Notes: generated by a model not told the origin, from the sequence alone. Shown: positions 38,831 through 51,750, counted from the first letter of the stretch. The stretch: DNA of 64,000 bases from Octopus vulgaris (GCA_951406725.2 OX597816.1:132184001-132248000), one strand, 5' to 3'. Program-made: numbers and translations.

Positions 38831-39490
38831 TTTATATTCTGAGTTCAATTACCACTAGAGACTATTTTCCTTTCCTCCTTCAGGGTCAAGGTATTAATAA
38901 GTTTCCAGTGAAGTACTAGAGTTGAATTAATCAACCAATTCTGTCGACTTTACCTTTCAATCTTTTAGGGCCAATGAAATAATTTCCAGTTGTTGTAATC
39001 AACTAGCCCCTCCCAACAAATTTCAGGCCTTGTACCTATAGTAGAAAGGATTGAGCTGGGAGAACTGTTAGCATGCTGGGCTAAATGCTAAGTGGTATTT
39101 CATCTGGCCTTATGTTCTGAGTTCAAATTTCACTGAGGTCGCCTTTGCCTTTCATCCTTTCAGGGTCAATAAAATAAGTACCAGTTGAGTACTGGGGTCA
39201 ATGTAACCGACTTACTCCCTCCCCCAAAATTCAGGCCTTGTGCCTGTAGCAGAAAGGACTGTCATCATCATCATCATCATAATTAAGGTGGCAAGCTGGC
39301 AGAATTGTTAGCATGCCAGATGAAATACTTAGTGCATTTCATCTTTGTCTTTATGTTCTGAGTTCAAATTTTGCTAAGGCCGACTTGGTCTTTCATCTTT
39401 TCTGGGTTGATAAAATAAGTACCAGTTGAGTACTGGGCTCAATGTAATTGACAACCTCCCTCCTCCAAATTTCAGGCCTTGTGCCTAGTG
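38831..39490 (+). mobile_element. Head-to-tail array of SINE family B (two partial and two near-full copies)
   Basis: Repeated blocks TTCTGAGTTCAA, CTTTCATCCTTT, TAAGTACCAGTTGAGTACTGGG and TCAGGCCTTGTGCCT at about 38831, 38943, 39053 and 39285. Confidence 0.85.
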
Positions 39491-40041
39491 TTGTTGTATG
39501 CTTTAATAATGTGACTAGTGAAAGAAATTATAAGTTTTCAAAATGAGTAATAGAAAAACATTGACCCTTATTAACACTTTTCTTTTCTTACTGCTTTCCT
39601 TCTTTCCTTACTACTTTCTTTTCTTCCTTTCTTCTTCCTTTTATTTGTTTGTTTATTTATTTATTATACTCTGTTCCACATTTTACTTGTGTGAGAAATT
39701 AAGCTTAGATTTACTTCGACACATTGTCTCCATTTAAATTTAGTTCGTCCTCGAACACGCGGAGGGGTGGTTATTTTTATCAACAAAATGTTAATAATAG
39801 TTATTACCAAGTTAGTGAGACAATAAAAGCTGCATATTTTTGTTCTTGTTGTCAGTACATGTATGTTTCTTTTATTTTGACAGATTTAATTTAAAAGTGA
39901 ATTTGTTTCTTAAATAAAACAATAAAAACAATTAGTAAGAAAGTTTGGTATATTTAATTTCAATTTTTATTATTAAATGGAATACATTTGTAAACAATAA
40001 TTCAAGGACAAGAATATAACTGTATGTAAGTGCATGGATAT

Positions 40042-40094
<53 letters not shown>

Positions 40095-40702
40095 TTAAGC
40101 ATTGATACAAATGTATAAATATATGTGTGTGTGTACATGCGTATGTGCACACACACATGTTAATATCAAACAATCTGCTGACAATTATCAATTCTGTGAC
40201 ATGCTTGTTAGTTTTTGAGGGATTTCTCTCTTAACAGGAAACCAATGGTAGCCTTAATTGATAAATAAATATATATAGATATATATATATCATCATCATC
40301 ATCATTTTAGGATCCAGTTTTTCAGTGGCTGGAAATCCTTTCTGTTGCTCAGGTGATAATTCCCTATGGCCAGATATGTTTTTGCAAAATATGGATATGA
40401 CTCATTTACAACAATCAGATGATGTCAAGACAAGGAAGCACAAGCATCCACGCATTCAATTTCACACATATTGTGTATCTCTCTCTCTATATATATCAAT
40501 TACATAAAAAGCACTCATGCTGGTGGTGTGTAAAAGTACCCAGTACACTCTGTAAAGTGGTTGGCATTAGGAAGGGCAACCAGCCATAGAAACCATGCTA
40601 AAATAGATATGAAGCCTGAACAGCCCTTCAGTTGCTCAGCTCATGTCAAACCGTCTAACCCATGCCAGCATGAAAAATAGATATTAAATGATGATGATGA
40701 CG

Positions 40703-40748
<46 letters not shown>

Positions 40749-41028
40749 GTTTTTGTGTGTGAAACAATGTGTGCATGCTTGTGCTTCCTTGTATTCCCAT
40801 CATCAGCTGCCAAACAGATATCACCATGGTTTCAACACCTGGGCAGTACTATTCAACCTGGCAGTGTCAGCAGCATTAAAGATATAAACACTGCTTGGAA
40901 ATCCATCAGCTTATTACAAGTAACAACATCAGAGTAAACACATAGTGATAAGTTATAGCTACTAAATAGTACTTTATCACAAAAGAACTTATTCCAAAAA
41001 GGACATTCAGACAATGCAACAAATGAGT

Positions 41029-41350
41029 GAAGGCACTTGGCTTAGTGGTTAGGTTATTCGGCTTATGATCTTAAGCTTGTGAGTTCGATTCCCGGTGGTG
41101 TCTTATGTCCTTGATCAAGACATTTTAACATTTTATTTCATGTTGCTTGTTCACTCAACTACCAAAAATAAGTAGTACCTGTATTTCAAAGGGCTAGCCT
41201 TGTCACATTCTGTGTCATGCTAAAAGTCCCTGAGAACTACATTAAGAGTATGCATGTTTGTGGAGTGCTCAGCCACTTGCAAGTTAATTTCGCGAACAGG
41301 TTGTTCCACATCAACTGGAACCCTTGTTGTTGTAACCAGTGGAGTGCTAG
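41029..41350 (+). mobile_element. tRNA-derived SINE, family C
   Basis: GAAGGCACTTGGCTTAGTGGTTAGG (A box), GAGTTCGATTCCC (B box), then TGTCCTTGATCAAGACATTTTA. Related head at 53432. Confidence 0.8.
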
Positions 41351-41456
41351 TTTATTTGTGTGTGTATTTATAATACACATATTACCTTGGTTGTTATGAA
41401 TAGGAGAAAAGAACTCAATTTGTAATGTAGACTATATATCTATGTATAATAGTTGA

Positions 41457-41662
41457 AGGTGGTGAGCTGGCAGGATCGTTAGCATGCCAGGCTTAGCAGC
41501 ATTTCACCTGTCACTATGTTCTGAGTTCAAATTCTGCTGAGGTCGACTTTACCTTTTGTCCTTCTGGGTTGATAAAGTAAGTACCAGTCATGCACTGGGC
41601 TCAATGTAATCAACTACTCCTTCCCCCAAAATTCTGACCTTGTGCCAAAAGTTTGAAATCAG
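41457..41662 (+). mobile_element. tRNA-derived SINE, family B
   Basis: Colinear with 31164-31374. Confidence 0.85.
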
Positions 41663-42156
41663 AAATCAATATTTGAAAGGATTTCAGAAACAAAAGAAAA
41701 ACAAAAAAATATATAAAAACAACAGTTATCGCTGTAAGAAAGAAGTGCAAAAAATGAGTTTTAATGTTTCAGGCAGCTGTCCTTCATCAAGAAAAAGAAA
41801 AGAAGAACAAAGGAAATAAAAAAGAAAATAATGTTTCTAAGCACTGCATGGTATTATTGCAGCTCTTAAACAATAGTATGTGGCTCTTACAATAATATCG
41901 TTCCATTGCCTTCTTGGAACTTTCTTTTTCTTTCCATTTTCTTCTCTGCTTTTCCATGTTGAAGGACAAATGTCCTAAACATTACTGTCATTTGCTCTCC
42001 TTTTCTTCCTTAAAGCAGAAAACTGTGTAACTGTGTGCATTACTTCTTTTTTTTTTCTTCTTGAGAAGTTTTCTATGGATTATCCCTGATGGCTTAAACT
42101 GATTGCAGTCAATTTTAATTCTATAGATTATTTATTATCATTCATAAGATATTATA

Positions 42157-42229
<73 letters not shown>

Positions 42230-42256
42230 TGTATACATGTGTGTATATATATACAT

Positions 42257-42289
<33 letters not shown>

Positions 42290-42357
42290 AGAATTTTTTG
42301 TGTAATAAGATAAAAAAAAACTCAAGGCTGTATAGATATTAGAGCATTTATAGATAG

Positions 42358-42409
42358 GTCTTACAGCTGTTTCTAGGATATTAATTAATAATATCCCTTC
42401 ATCGGAGAC
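42358..42409 (-). ncRNA. Minimal type-I hammerhead ribozyme-like motif (Penelope-like remnant)
   Basis: Minus strand: GTCT CCGATGA AGGGATATTA-TTAAT-TAATATCCTA GAAA CAGCTG TA AGAC. This gives stem I GTCT/AGAC, a variant core, an AT-rich stem II, a palindromic stem III and a GUA cleavage triplet. Confidence 0.6.
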
Positions 42410-42499
42410 GGTGTGAGAGGATGTTCTGCTGATGAGATTAACTGGAGCACTTGTTGTAACCAATAGAGTGACAGTAACTAACTAACTATATAGACTATA

Positions 42500-42806
42500 G
42501 GCATAGGAGAGGCTGTGTGGTAAGTAGCTTGTTTACCAACCATATGGTTCCGGGTTCAGCCCCACTGCGTGGCACCTTGGACAAGTGTCTTCTACTATAG
42601 CCTCAGGTCAACCAAAGCCTTGTGAGTGGATTTGGTAGACGGAAACTGAAAGATGCCTGTCATATATATGTATGTATATATATATATATGTATATGTGTG
42701 TGTGTATATATATGTGTGTGTGTGTATATGTGTGTGTGTATATATATATGTGTGTGTGTATATATGTGTGTGTGTGTATATATATGTGTGTGTGTGTGTG
42801 TGTGTA

Positions 42807-42855
<49 letters not shown>

Positions 42856-43060
42856 ATGTTTGTGTGTCTGTGTTTGTCCCCCCAACATCACTTGACAACT
42901 GATGGTGGTGTGTTTACATCACCATAACTTAGCGGTTCAGCAAAAGAGACCGATAGAATAAGTACTAGGCTTACAAAGAATAAGTTCTGGGGTCGACTTG
43001 CTTGACTAAAGGCGGTGCTCCAGCATGGCCACAATCAAATGACTGAAACAAGTAAAAGAG
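42500..43060 (+). mobile_element. tRNA-derived SINE, family A, full length with an expanded internal TA/TG tract
   Basis: GGCATAGGAGAGGCTGTGTGGTAAG head, GGTTCAGCCCC B-box-like motif, ~200-bp internal microsatellite (42662-42870), 3' end GACTGAAACAAGTAAAAGAG. Confidence 0.92.
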
Positions 43061-43732
43061 AGAGAGAGACACACACACACACCTGCAAATTTTAATACAA
43101 GAAGATGGATTGAACAGGCTTCATTATAGATCACTACAATTGTTTTAACACATCATTATAAGCTGTTAATTGTTAAATGTTACATAAATTATATGCAATA
43201 TTTTATTAATATGATTTAACAGCATTTGATAGCCGGTTCCTGGAGAGGAGCTTTGGAAAGCAAGCTATAAGGTTATTACCCAGATTATATTGATATAGGA
43301 ATACACACACATGTGTATATGAGTAAAGGTCATTAAAATCAATTTGTAAATGTCTATTTCATTGTAACATAGTCTCATGAACTTATATACAGATGCTTTC
43401 CATCTATGCAAAACAAATATTAGCAGGTCTCTATTGGGCCAGCTAGCTGACAGATGCTGCAATATATCATCAGTTAATCAGTGTAGTGATTTAAAAGCAC
43501 CACTTGGTCTGTTTGTTCCAGGCATAGACTGAGAAACACTCTGCTATGGTACCTGTTGCCACAGGACTTTGCTAGACTATATTGGCAATAATAAAGATTA
43601 TTTCAGTTAAATGTGTTTGTTACTTAGACATAACCACAAACGAAACTGTAACAAGTATTCACAAAAAAGAATATGTGATTTATGTATGGGTCAAAGGTTG
43701 AAGCCAAATATTATAAACACAAAGATATGAAT

Positions 43733-43763
<31 letters not shown>

Positions 43764-44110
43764 CTAAGGCATGACCCATATCAGAGAGTGTGTTGATTAA
43801 TGTCAGAATCTAAGTAGAAATACATGGTATAGAAATTAGCCTTGCCATAACAGCTAAGTTCTAATTTGTGCTTGATGTAAATATATGACAAGCTTCAAGC
43901 TCCTTTTGTGGATAGAGAAATGAATTGATGAGTGGTCATTTGGCTGCAAAATATGTCAGGGTAATCTCCTTCATTTTTTTCTGTATGAAAAAGGAATAAC
44001 AAAATGTATTCACATCTGTTTACACTTCCAGAAGTAAAATTTAAAAACCTATGATTTCAGTACTTCACATGCATTTATGTGTATATTGTGTGTGTGTGTG
44101 TGTGTGTATA

Positions 44111-45315
44111 CAGGGGTTGGACAAAATAATGGAAACACCTAAAAAATATCATAGCATCATAATTTTGAAATAGCTGTGAAACCGTCAAAAGCTTGTTTAT
44201 TTTTATGTTTTTTGATTTATTATTAGTGTTGCTTAATATGTTTTGCTAAAATTGCTGTTTCTTTTCAGATATTATCAGTAAAAGGTAATTAAAATTCATT
44301 AAATTAACAGATCTATTGGGCTGTCAAAGAGGTCAAATTGTTGGTGCTCCTATGGCAGGCGCTAGCGTAATGAAAACACCTGAAATGTTTGGTGTATCAA
44401 GAAGTACTGTCTTGAAAGTAATGACAACCTTTGAGAAAGAGGGAAAAACCTCCTCATCAAAACAAAACTCTGGAAGTAAACCAAAACTTCCAGATAGGGA
44501 CCATCGGACTCTTACACAAATTGTTAGAAAGGATCACAAAAGTATAGCTCCCAAAATTACTGCAGAAGGTGCATGGATTTCATGGGGGGAGGGCTGCAAA
44601 CAGAAAACCACTACTTTCAAAAACAAGAGCAGGTAAAAACCTACAGAATTGGTCCCTAGAGCAGTAGAAGATGTTATTTTCTCGGATGAGTCATCTTTTA
44701 CCTTAATTCTGACCACCAGCTGAGTATAGGTATGGAGGCACCCAAAAGGAGCATTTGACCCAGACTGCCTTCTTCCAACTGTTAAACATGGAGGAGGATC
44801 TGTGATGATCTGGGGAGCTATATCCTGGAAATCTGCCACCCTAATGGTTTCTCTTCATGGTAGAATTAATAGTCAAGACTATTTAAGCATTTTATCTGAT
44901 CGAATTCATCCTATTGTTGCGGGACTGTTTCCAGAGGGAAATGGTATCTTTCAGGATGATAATGCACTAATTCACACAGCTAAAGTTGTTAGTGAGTGGC
45001 ACGAGAAACATTCTAGTGAAGTTGAATATCTTATCTGGCCACCACAGTCCCCAGATGTCAATATTACTGAACATTTATGGTGCATTTTAGACAAACAAGT
45101 TAGGAGTTGGTATCCTCCAACAACATCACTACAAGAACTGGAGACTGTTTTAGCTGAAGAATGGACAAAGATTCCTTTGGAAACAATTCAAACCTTGTAC
45201 GAGTCCATATGTCATAGTATTCGAGCTGTAATTACTGCCAAAGGTGGCCCTACCCCATATTAAAATAAATTTGTTAGAAATTTTAAGGTGTTTCCATTAT
45301 TTTGTCCAACCCCTG
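44111..45315 (+). mobile_element. Tc1-like transposon of DD36E type (Incomer-like), complete ends, decayed transposase
   Basis: Perfect 30-bp TIRs CAGGGGTTGGACAAAATAATGGAAACACCT, TA on both sides, 1205 bp. Transposase pieces: QRGQIVGA..GVSRSTV, VIFSDES, FQDDNA-x-SPDVNITEHLW, with 36 residues between the second catalytic D and the E. Confidence 0.95.
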
Positions 45316-46100
45316 TATATATATATATATATATGAATTATACACATATACACATGCACTTAATAGTTTATTTTTGATACTGAATCTCAAGTTATAAATA
45401 TGTTTATATTCAAAATGAGTTATCGTATTCAATTTTATGCAAAATTTTTTCTTTTTCTTTCTTATTCCATTTTTTAATTTATATGTTTATTTTGTTAGTC
45501 AGTATTTCAAGTGTGGAGCAAGTGATTTATTTTTAGCTAATCGTAGACTTGGTTTAAAACATTTTCCTTTTTCTTCCTTTTTCTTATCTTCCTGTAGAAA
45601 CCTATAATTAAATAGAAAAAATGTTTAGTTAATCAAATTTGCTAACCGTGCATTAAATTTGCTTTCCTTTACCACCTTGGCTTCAGTTAAGGACTTATTT
45701 TGAATATTTCTTTTACATAACATTTTATTACCAAATTATAATTATTGTCCTTTCATATTGGACAAAAGACTGCCTTGTATTCTTCCGATCACATTATCAA
45801 GGCAAATTATTTAAGAAAATAGAAAAGGTTTATGTTACTTAAGTAGGGTTAAAACTTAAAATTTTCTTATAAGAAAGAGGAGCTTAATATATATTTTGTC
45901 TTTCATTTTTGAGAGAAAATTTGGGGGATTTCATATTTTAAATCTTTAGTATGTTCTGAAGTATTTGAAACTTCTTTCAATACTGCAATTTCAGTTTGAG
46001 TGCAGGCATGACTGCGCAGTTAAGTAGTTCACTTCATGATCATGTTGATCTTACTGCTTGGTACTTTGGGCAAATGTCTGCTACTATAACCTCGGATTGA

Positions 46101-46179
<79 letters not shown>

Positions 46180-46767
46180 ATAGATGCACTTGTGTGTGGT
46201 GGGGGAGGCATAGCTGTATGATTAAGAAGATCACTTTGTTACCATTTGGTTTCTGGTTCAGTCTCACTATGTGGCAGCTTGGGCAAGTAAAAGATAAACA
46301 ATATATGTGTATGTATCTGTATTTTATGTGTGTGTGTAAGTCTTTTGTCAGTATATATCAGGGAAAGATGTAAATTATTAAGAAAATTAGAGCTTACAAA
46401 CTAAAGTGCACCGTGTTCTGTCTGAACTTCACAGATAATCCCTTGTCACTGTTGCCATTAAAAATGATGTGAACTAGTGATTGCACTGTCAAGAATATAT
46501 AACTAAAGAAACTGTTGTTCACCAATTGCATAATAAAATATATATGAAATCATCCTTTTTTAGAATAGTTTATCTTAAAGTACACATATAAAACTTTAAA
46601 CAATAGCATGTAAATACTGGGTTGAAGATCCCTTTGGATAGAAAAAGTTGAAGGCTACACATGGGACCTACACCTCCTGTAGGCATGCTGTTGTTTGCAG
46701 TTTTATATGTGCATTTTGAAATATACTATTCTATGTAGGGATTATTTTATGTTCTCTTGATATCTTT

Positions 46768-47185
46768 TATCTTTTACTTGTTTCAGTCATTAGATTGCAA
46801 CCATACTGGGGCACGACCTTGAATTTTTTTTAGTCGAATGAATTGACACCAGTACTTATTTTTTTTAAAGCCTGGTACTTGTTCTATTGGTCTCTTTGCC
46901 GACCCACTAAGTTACAGGAATGCAAACACACCAACACTGGTTGTCAAGCGTTGGTGGAGAGACCAACACAGACACAATGACATGCACACTTATCTATATA
47001 TATATATATACACACACATACAATGGGCTTCTTTCAGTTTCTGTCTACTAAATCCACTCACAAGGCTTTGGTCAGCCCAAGGTTATAGTAAGGAAGATGC
47101 TTGCCCAAAGTGCTACACAATGGGACTGAACTTGGAACCGTGTGACTGGGAAGCAAGTCTCTTACCATACAGCCACGCCTGTGCC
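46768..47185 (-). mobile_element. tRNA-derived SINE, family A
   Basis: Colinear with other family A copies. Confidence 0.87.
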
Positions 47186-48467
47186 TGTAGTTTATAAAAG
47201 TCTTATGGCATGAATAAAATACATATTAACATAATAGGTTTTATTTCCCCTGAATATTTCTCATGTACAATGTTATATGTAACCACTGGGTTTCACATTG
47301 TATGTAAGAAGGGATGTCCTTCGGTCTAACAACTACAATCACTCTAATAAATAAAGCATCTAGTTTCCTTTTCAAGTATGGGAAGCTTGATGGAAAAGAG
47401 TGAACAAAAAAAAACACAAAAAAAAAAAAGAATTGTTTCTGACAGATTCAAAGTGTAGTTGATATTTACTTTATTCCGTTCAGTAAATTTAGGTTGATTA
47501 TTCATGTTACCATTTCTTGAAACTCCAGGATTCTGAAATCTGCCAAGCATACATACATCAATGACTACAAAGAGTTGTTTTTGATGTTAGTCTGTCACTT
47601 TTGCTTTGCTTTATTTTTCGTATCTTGAGGATAAATACAATGTCTTTTTGCATCCAAATCACCTCTGGTCATTTTTGTGAAGTTTGTTGCTGGGATATAG
47701 TGACAAATTTGTTTGTTTGCTTTCTCATTTATAAATTAGTCCTGGGAGAAGAGACAGTACACATAACTACTGTTGGCCTTCTCAGGTTAAGGAGATGAAT
47801 ATATCTGATGTCCTGCTTGAATACATACAGACCATTGTCTTCAAGGAAAATATGACCCAGGAAGAAACCATGGTGGGAATCTGGTTTCAATACTTGCAAC
47901 AGCTCGAATTCTGTTAAAAGCATCCGAAGACCAAGTGCTGGTGTTAAACTCGGTAGCATATAAGGACAAGGAACTCCAGCCCCCCCCCCCCCCATAAGCA
48001 AATCTTGTCCAAGATGAACCACTGGCAGTCTTCAGTGGACATAAGAGCACACCAATTATATTTGTGCATGTATTGATGTATAAATATATTTTTGCTTTAT
48101 ATTGCCTACTGGCCTAGTAAAGTTAGCATCTTTAACTAACCAACCAAAAGAAATATTGCTTTCTCACCTGTTCTTAATCATTATCTATTTAGAAGCAATG
48201 TCATTTGTTGACATATTTGTGTTGAAATACACTGCCTTTGTTTTAATTAATTCTGAAAACAGGAGTTTTGTGAAAAAATTGTAATTATCGAGTTGTTGTT
48301 TGAAACATAAATTAACATGAACTTTTAATGGAAAGTTTTAATTTAGATGACTTTGAAGCAGGAAGTTTGCATCAAAGGACCAAGGGCAGTTTTAGGCAAG
48401 TTGTTATCAAAAGGGTTAACAGGGTGGTTGTAGTCAGTTGTCTCTCTTAGATTGGTTGTTTATTATT

Positions 48468-48670
48468 AGAGCTGCAGAATCGTGTTAGTATGCTGGACAA
48501 AATACTTTCCAGCAATTTGTCCTTTTTTTATGTTCCTGAGTTCAAATCCCACCAAGGTCACCTCTGCATTTCATCCTTTTAAGGTTGATAAAATAAGTGC
48601 CAGTTAATTACTGGGGGTTGATGTGACTGACTAAAATTTCAGGCTTTGTGCTTATGATAGAAAAAATTAT
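48468..48670 (+). mobile_element. tRNA-derived SINE, family B (decayed)
   Basis: GAGCTGCAGAATCG..GAGTTCAAATCCCACCAAGGTCA..TTTCATCCTTT..GATAAAATAAGTGCCAGTT. Confidence 0.8.
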
Positions 48671-49340
48671 TAGTACTGTTGTGTCACCAAAGACTGGTCC
48701 TTCAGGTTCACTTGCATTACATTGGTGGTAATAAATGTAGTTTATTTTCTTTAGATCTTCCTTTAATGACTTAAGGCTTTGGATAAGCATAAAATATATT
48801 CTAGAATAGGATGCAACAGTTTTTATGAGTAAACAGTATCAACTATACCAACAAAATTATAAGTGGGTACTAAATCCAAAACAGGATGTTAAATTCAACA
48901 CAAATAAAAATATATATTAAACAAAAGAATACAAAACAAACTATTTAATTCTATATCTCAAATATCATCATATTTTTCAAGGTTGTTTTTGCTTTGTTGT
49001 TGCTGAAGAGAAGGGATTTACCATTACCAATTCCAAAAGCTACCGTCATGGCAATGTATGTTTTATAATTAGCCAACCGAGAGCTTTTTAAGCAATGAGA
49101 AAATAAATACATTATCTGAACAATTTTCTTAATTAATTTCACAAACTAATATTATTATTTTCTTCTGTTTTGCTATAATATAAAATCCTGACTTATTGAT
49201 TACTTTCAGTTCTTTTTCTGTTTTTAACCTCCATATTTTTCTTATACTGTCAGCTTTTGTGCAAGCAATACATGCACGTGTGCTTGAGCGTGTGCACATG
49301 TGCTTATACAGTGTGCATGTTTGCATATAAGTGTATGCAT

Positions 49341-49391
<51 letters not shown>

Positions 49392-49849
49392 TACGCACGC
49401 ATATGTGTGTGTATATGTGTTTGTATGCATGTGTGTGTGTGCGCATATGTGCAGTTTAGCTAATTTGTAAATTAATCCTAAATGATTTTACTATTGATTG
49501 AGATATTTTCCTCTTTGCTTAATGTCACTGCAACCCAATGATAAGTTAAAACAGATGAATTGTTACAGGTAAAGCTGGTTGTTTACTAACCAAATGTTTA
49601 ACTAGTACTAAGTCCCATGCTGCTTAACATACCACATTTATGTTCTTCTCTCTGAATGAACAGAAGCAAAACAGAAAGCCACAAACAAAGATGTTAAATA
49701 ACTAGGCCAATGACCTATCTTCTAGGTCAGATGTGCAGAAAGTCTGTCGTTGGTGTTTCTTTAACTCTTACAATGGTTTTGACATTTTACCATGATAATT
49801 ATGTGTATTTGGTGGATTTTATATATATATATATATATGTATGTATATA

Positions 49850-49907
<58 letters not shown>

Positions 49908-49924
49908 CACACACATACATTCAT

Positions 49925-49978
<54 letters not shown>

Positions 49979-50734
49979 TACACACACATACATTCATACA
50001 TTTGTTTATTTATATAAACACATATATATAAATATACAACAGTTTATTTATGTATATGCAGATATACATTTATATATATATATATACTCACACACACATT
50101 TACTTATACATGCTCTTTTACTCTTACATATATTCATATATCATTTACACACATACACACACACAGTCTCTCTCTCTCTTTCTCTCTCTCTCCCCCACAA
50201 AAGCATACATACACACACTTGCTGTACTTTGCTTTCAATCATTACAACTAAGGATGCCATTGGATGTATTTTGATCGTCTCCCAATCACTCTTTTGTGCT
50301 GCATACTTGCACAGGATCCACCTACTTTCAGTTCTTCCTCTTACAATCCCTCTGGCTTGTCTCCACAACCTATGTATATGTAGGTGATTGATTAATTGGA
50401 CCACTTGTGCCCATTTCACTCTGCCATCGCTGTCCCTCATGTACTGTTTGTCATCACTCATGTCACTTTCTCTGACAACATATTCTTACTCCTTTTTTTT
50501 TTTTTGCACCCTGGGCCTCTGTCATCTCTCTATTTCTTGGATCACATAAGCTTCTCTGTTTTAGGGTGCCTTGAATATATGAACTTATCTTAGAATATTG
50601 TGAAGTGCATATGGCTTAGTGGTAAAGTTATTTAGTAAAGATTTTTGCTTCACAACCCTGTAAGGTCTGGCTTTAGTTTCACTGTGTAACTCTTGGACCA
50701 AAGCTTCGCAAGTGAAATTTTGTGGGAATTAATG

Positions 50735-51025
50735 CAGCAACACGTCCGGCAGCTTATTCCATGGATCCGCAACCCGGATGGAGAAAGCCCCTCTCCTTCG
50801 ATTGAGATGAAATCGTCGCAGATAGAACTTTTCGGAGTGACCCCGCAGCCGATGCTCTGGAGCAGGAGTGAAGAACAAACAGCTCTTTCGAGAGGTTACA
50901 CTTTCCGCTTATGATGTTGTGAGCAAGAATGAGATCACCACGGCGTTGTCGTTTTTCTAGAGAATAAAGGTCAAGCATCTTCAGCCTTTCTTCATAAGAC
51001 AAATGCTTGAGACCAAGAACCATGC
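50735..51025 (-). mobile_element. CR1-clade LINE ORF2 C-terminal fragment
   Basis: Reads MVLGLKHLSYEERLKMLDLYSLEKRQRRGDLI, then after a frameshift LRGHSEKF...FSIRVADPWNKLP, both hallmark CR1 C-terminal motifs. Confidence 0.9.
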
Positions 51026-51092
51026 GGGTAGCCAGCTTCTGGACTCTTTCGAGATGATGTATGTCTTTGAGGAGATAAGGAGAAGAGGCTTA

Positions 51093-51124
<32 letters not shown>

Positions 51125-51264
51125 CGCACACACACATGCACACCACATTATCAGATGTTCCGACATCTCTCTAGTCACAATACACTTTGCATTGTTTTAG
51201 CCTTTGAATGATACCATGCTGCTGGCAAGGTGAGTAGGTCAATATTTCCCCCCTGATAGAAAGG

Positions 51265-51750
51265 GGGACATGGTGCTTTTTATGTGTTACCAGCACGGGA
51301 GCCAGTCAAGACGGTGCTGGCATTGGCCATGTTCGGATGGTGCTTTTTTACATGCCACTGACACAGAAGCCAATCGGGGTGAGGGGGCTGGCATCGACCA
51401 CGTATGGATAGTGCTTTTTACTTGCCACCGTCACAGGGGCCACAACTACAATTTCCATTTGATTGTGATTTGATTTCGTTTTGGTGTTGATGTACTTGAC
51501 TCAATAGGTCTCCTCAAGCACAGAATGTCACCCTATGATCCAAGGGTACTTTTTGAGTTGGCTGGTTATGCTACACTGGTGTAGGTTACAGCTGTGATCT
51601 CACTTTATTTGCCGGGTCTTCTCAGTCGCAGCATATCTCCAGAGGTCTCTGTCTTTCGTCATTTCCTCTGTGAGGCTCAATGTTCAAAGGTCATGCTTCA
51701 CTGCCTCATCCCATGTTTTCCTGGGTCTCCCTCTACCCTGGATTCCTTCT
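51265..51750 (-). mobile_element. 5'-truncated RTE-clade LINE 3' end
   Basis: Minus strand reads GRGRPRKTWDEAVKHDL*TLSLTEEMTKDRDLWRYAATEKTRQIK*, followed by a 3' UTR with repeated TAAAAAGCAC motifs. Confidence 0.88.

Noticed and set aside
41029-41100. tRNA-like sequence with A and B boxes (also at 53432, 42500, 31164)
   Set aside because: No intact cloverleaf or acceptor stem, and each runs directly into a repeat body. These are SINE heads, not tRNA genes.
47786-47917. Possible exon after CCTTCTCAG encoding VKEMNISDVLLEYIQ...LEFC*
   Set aside because: Wrong phase for the 33263 donor (gives a stop after four codons), no recognisable homology, weak polypyrimidine tract.
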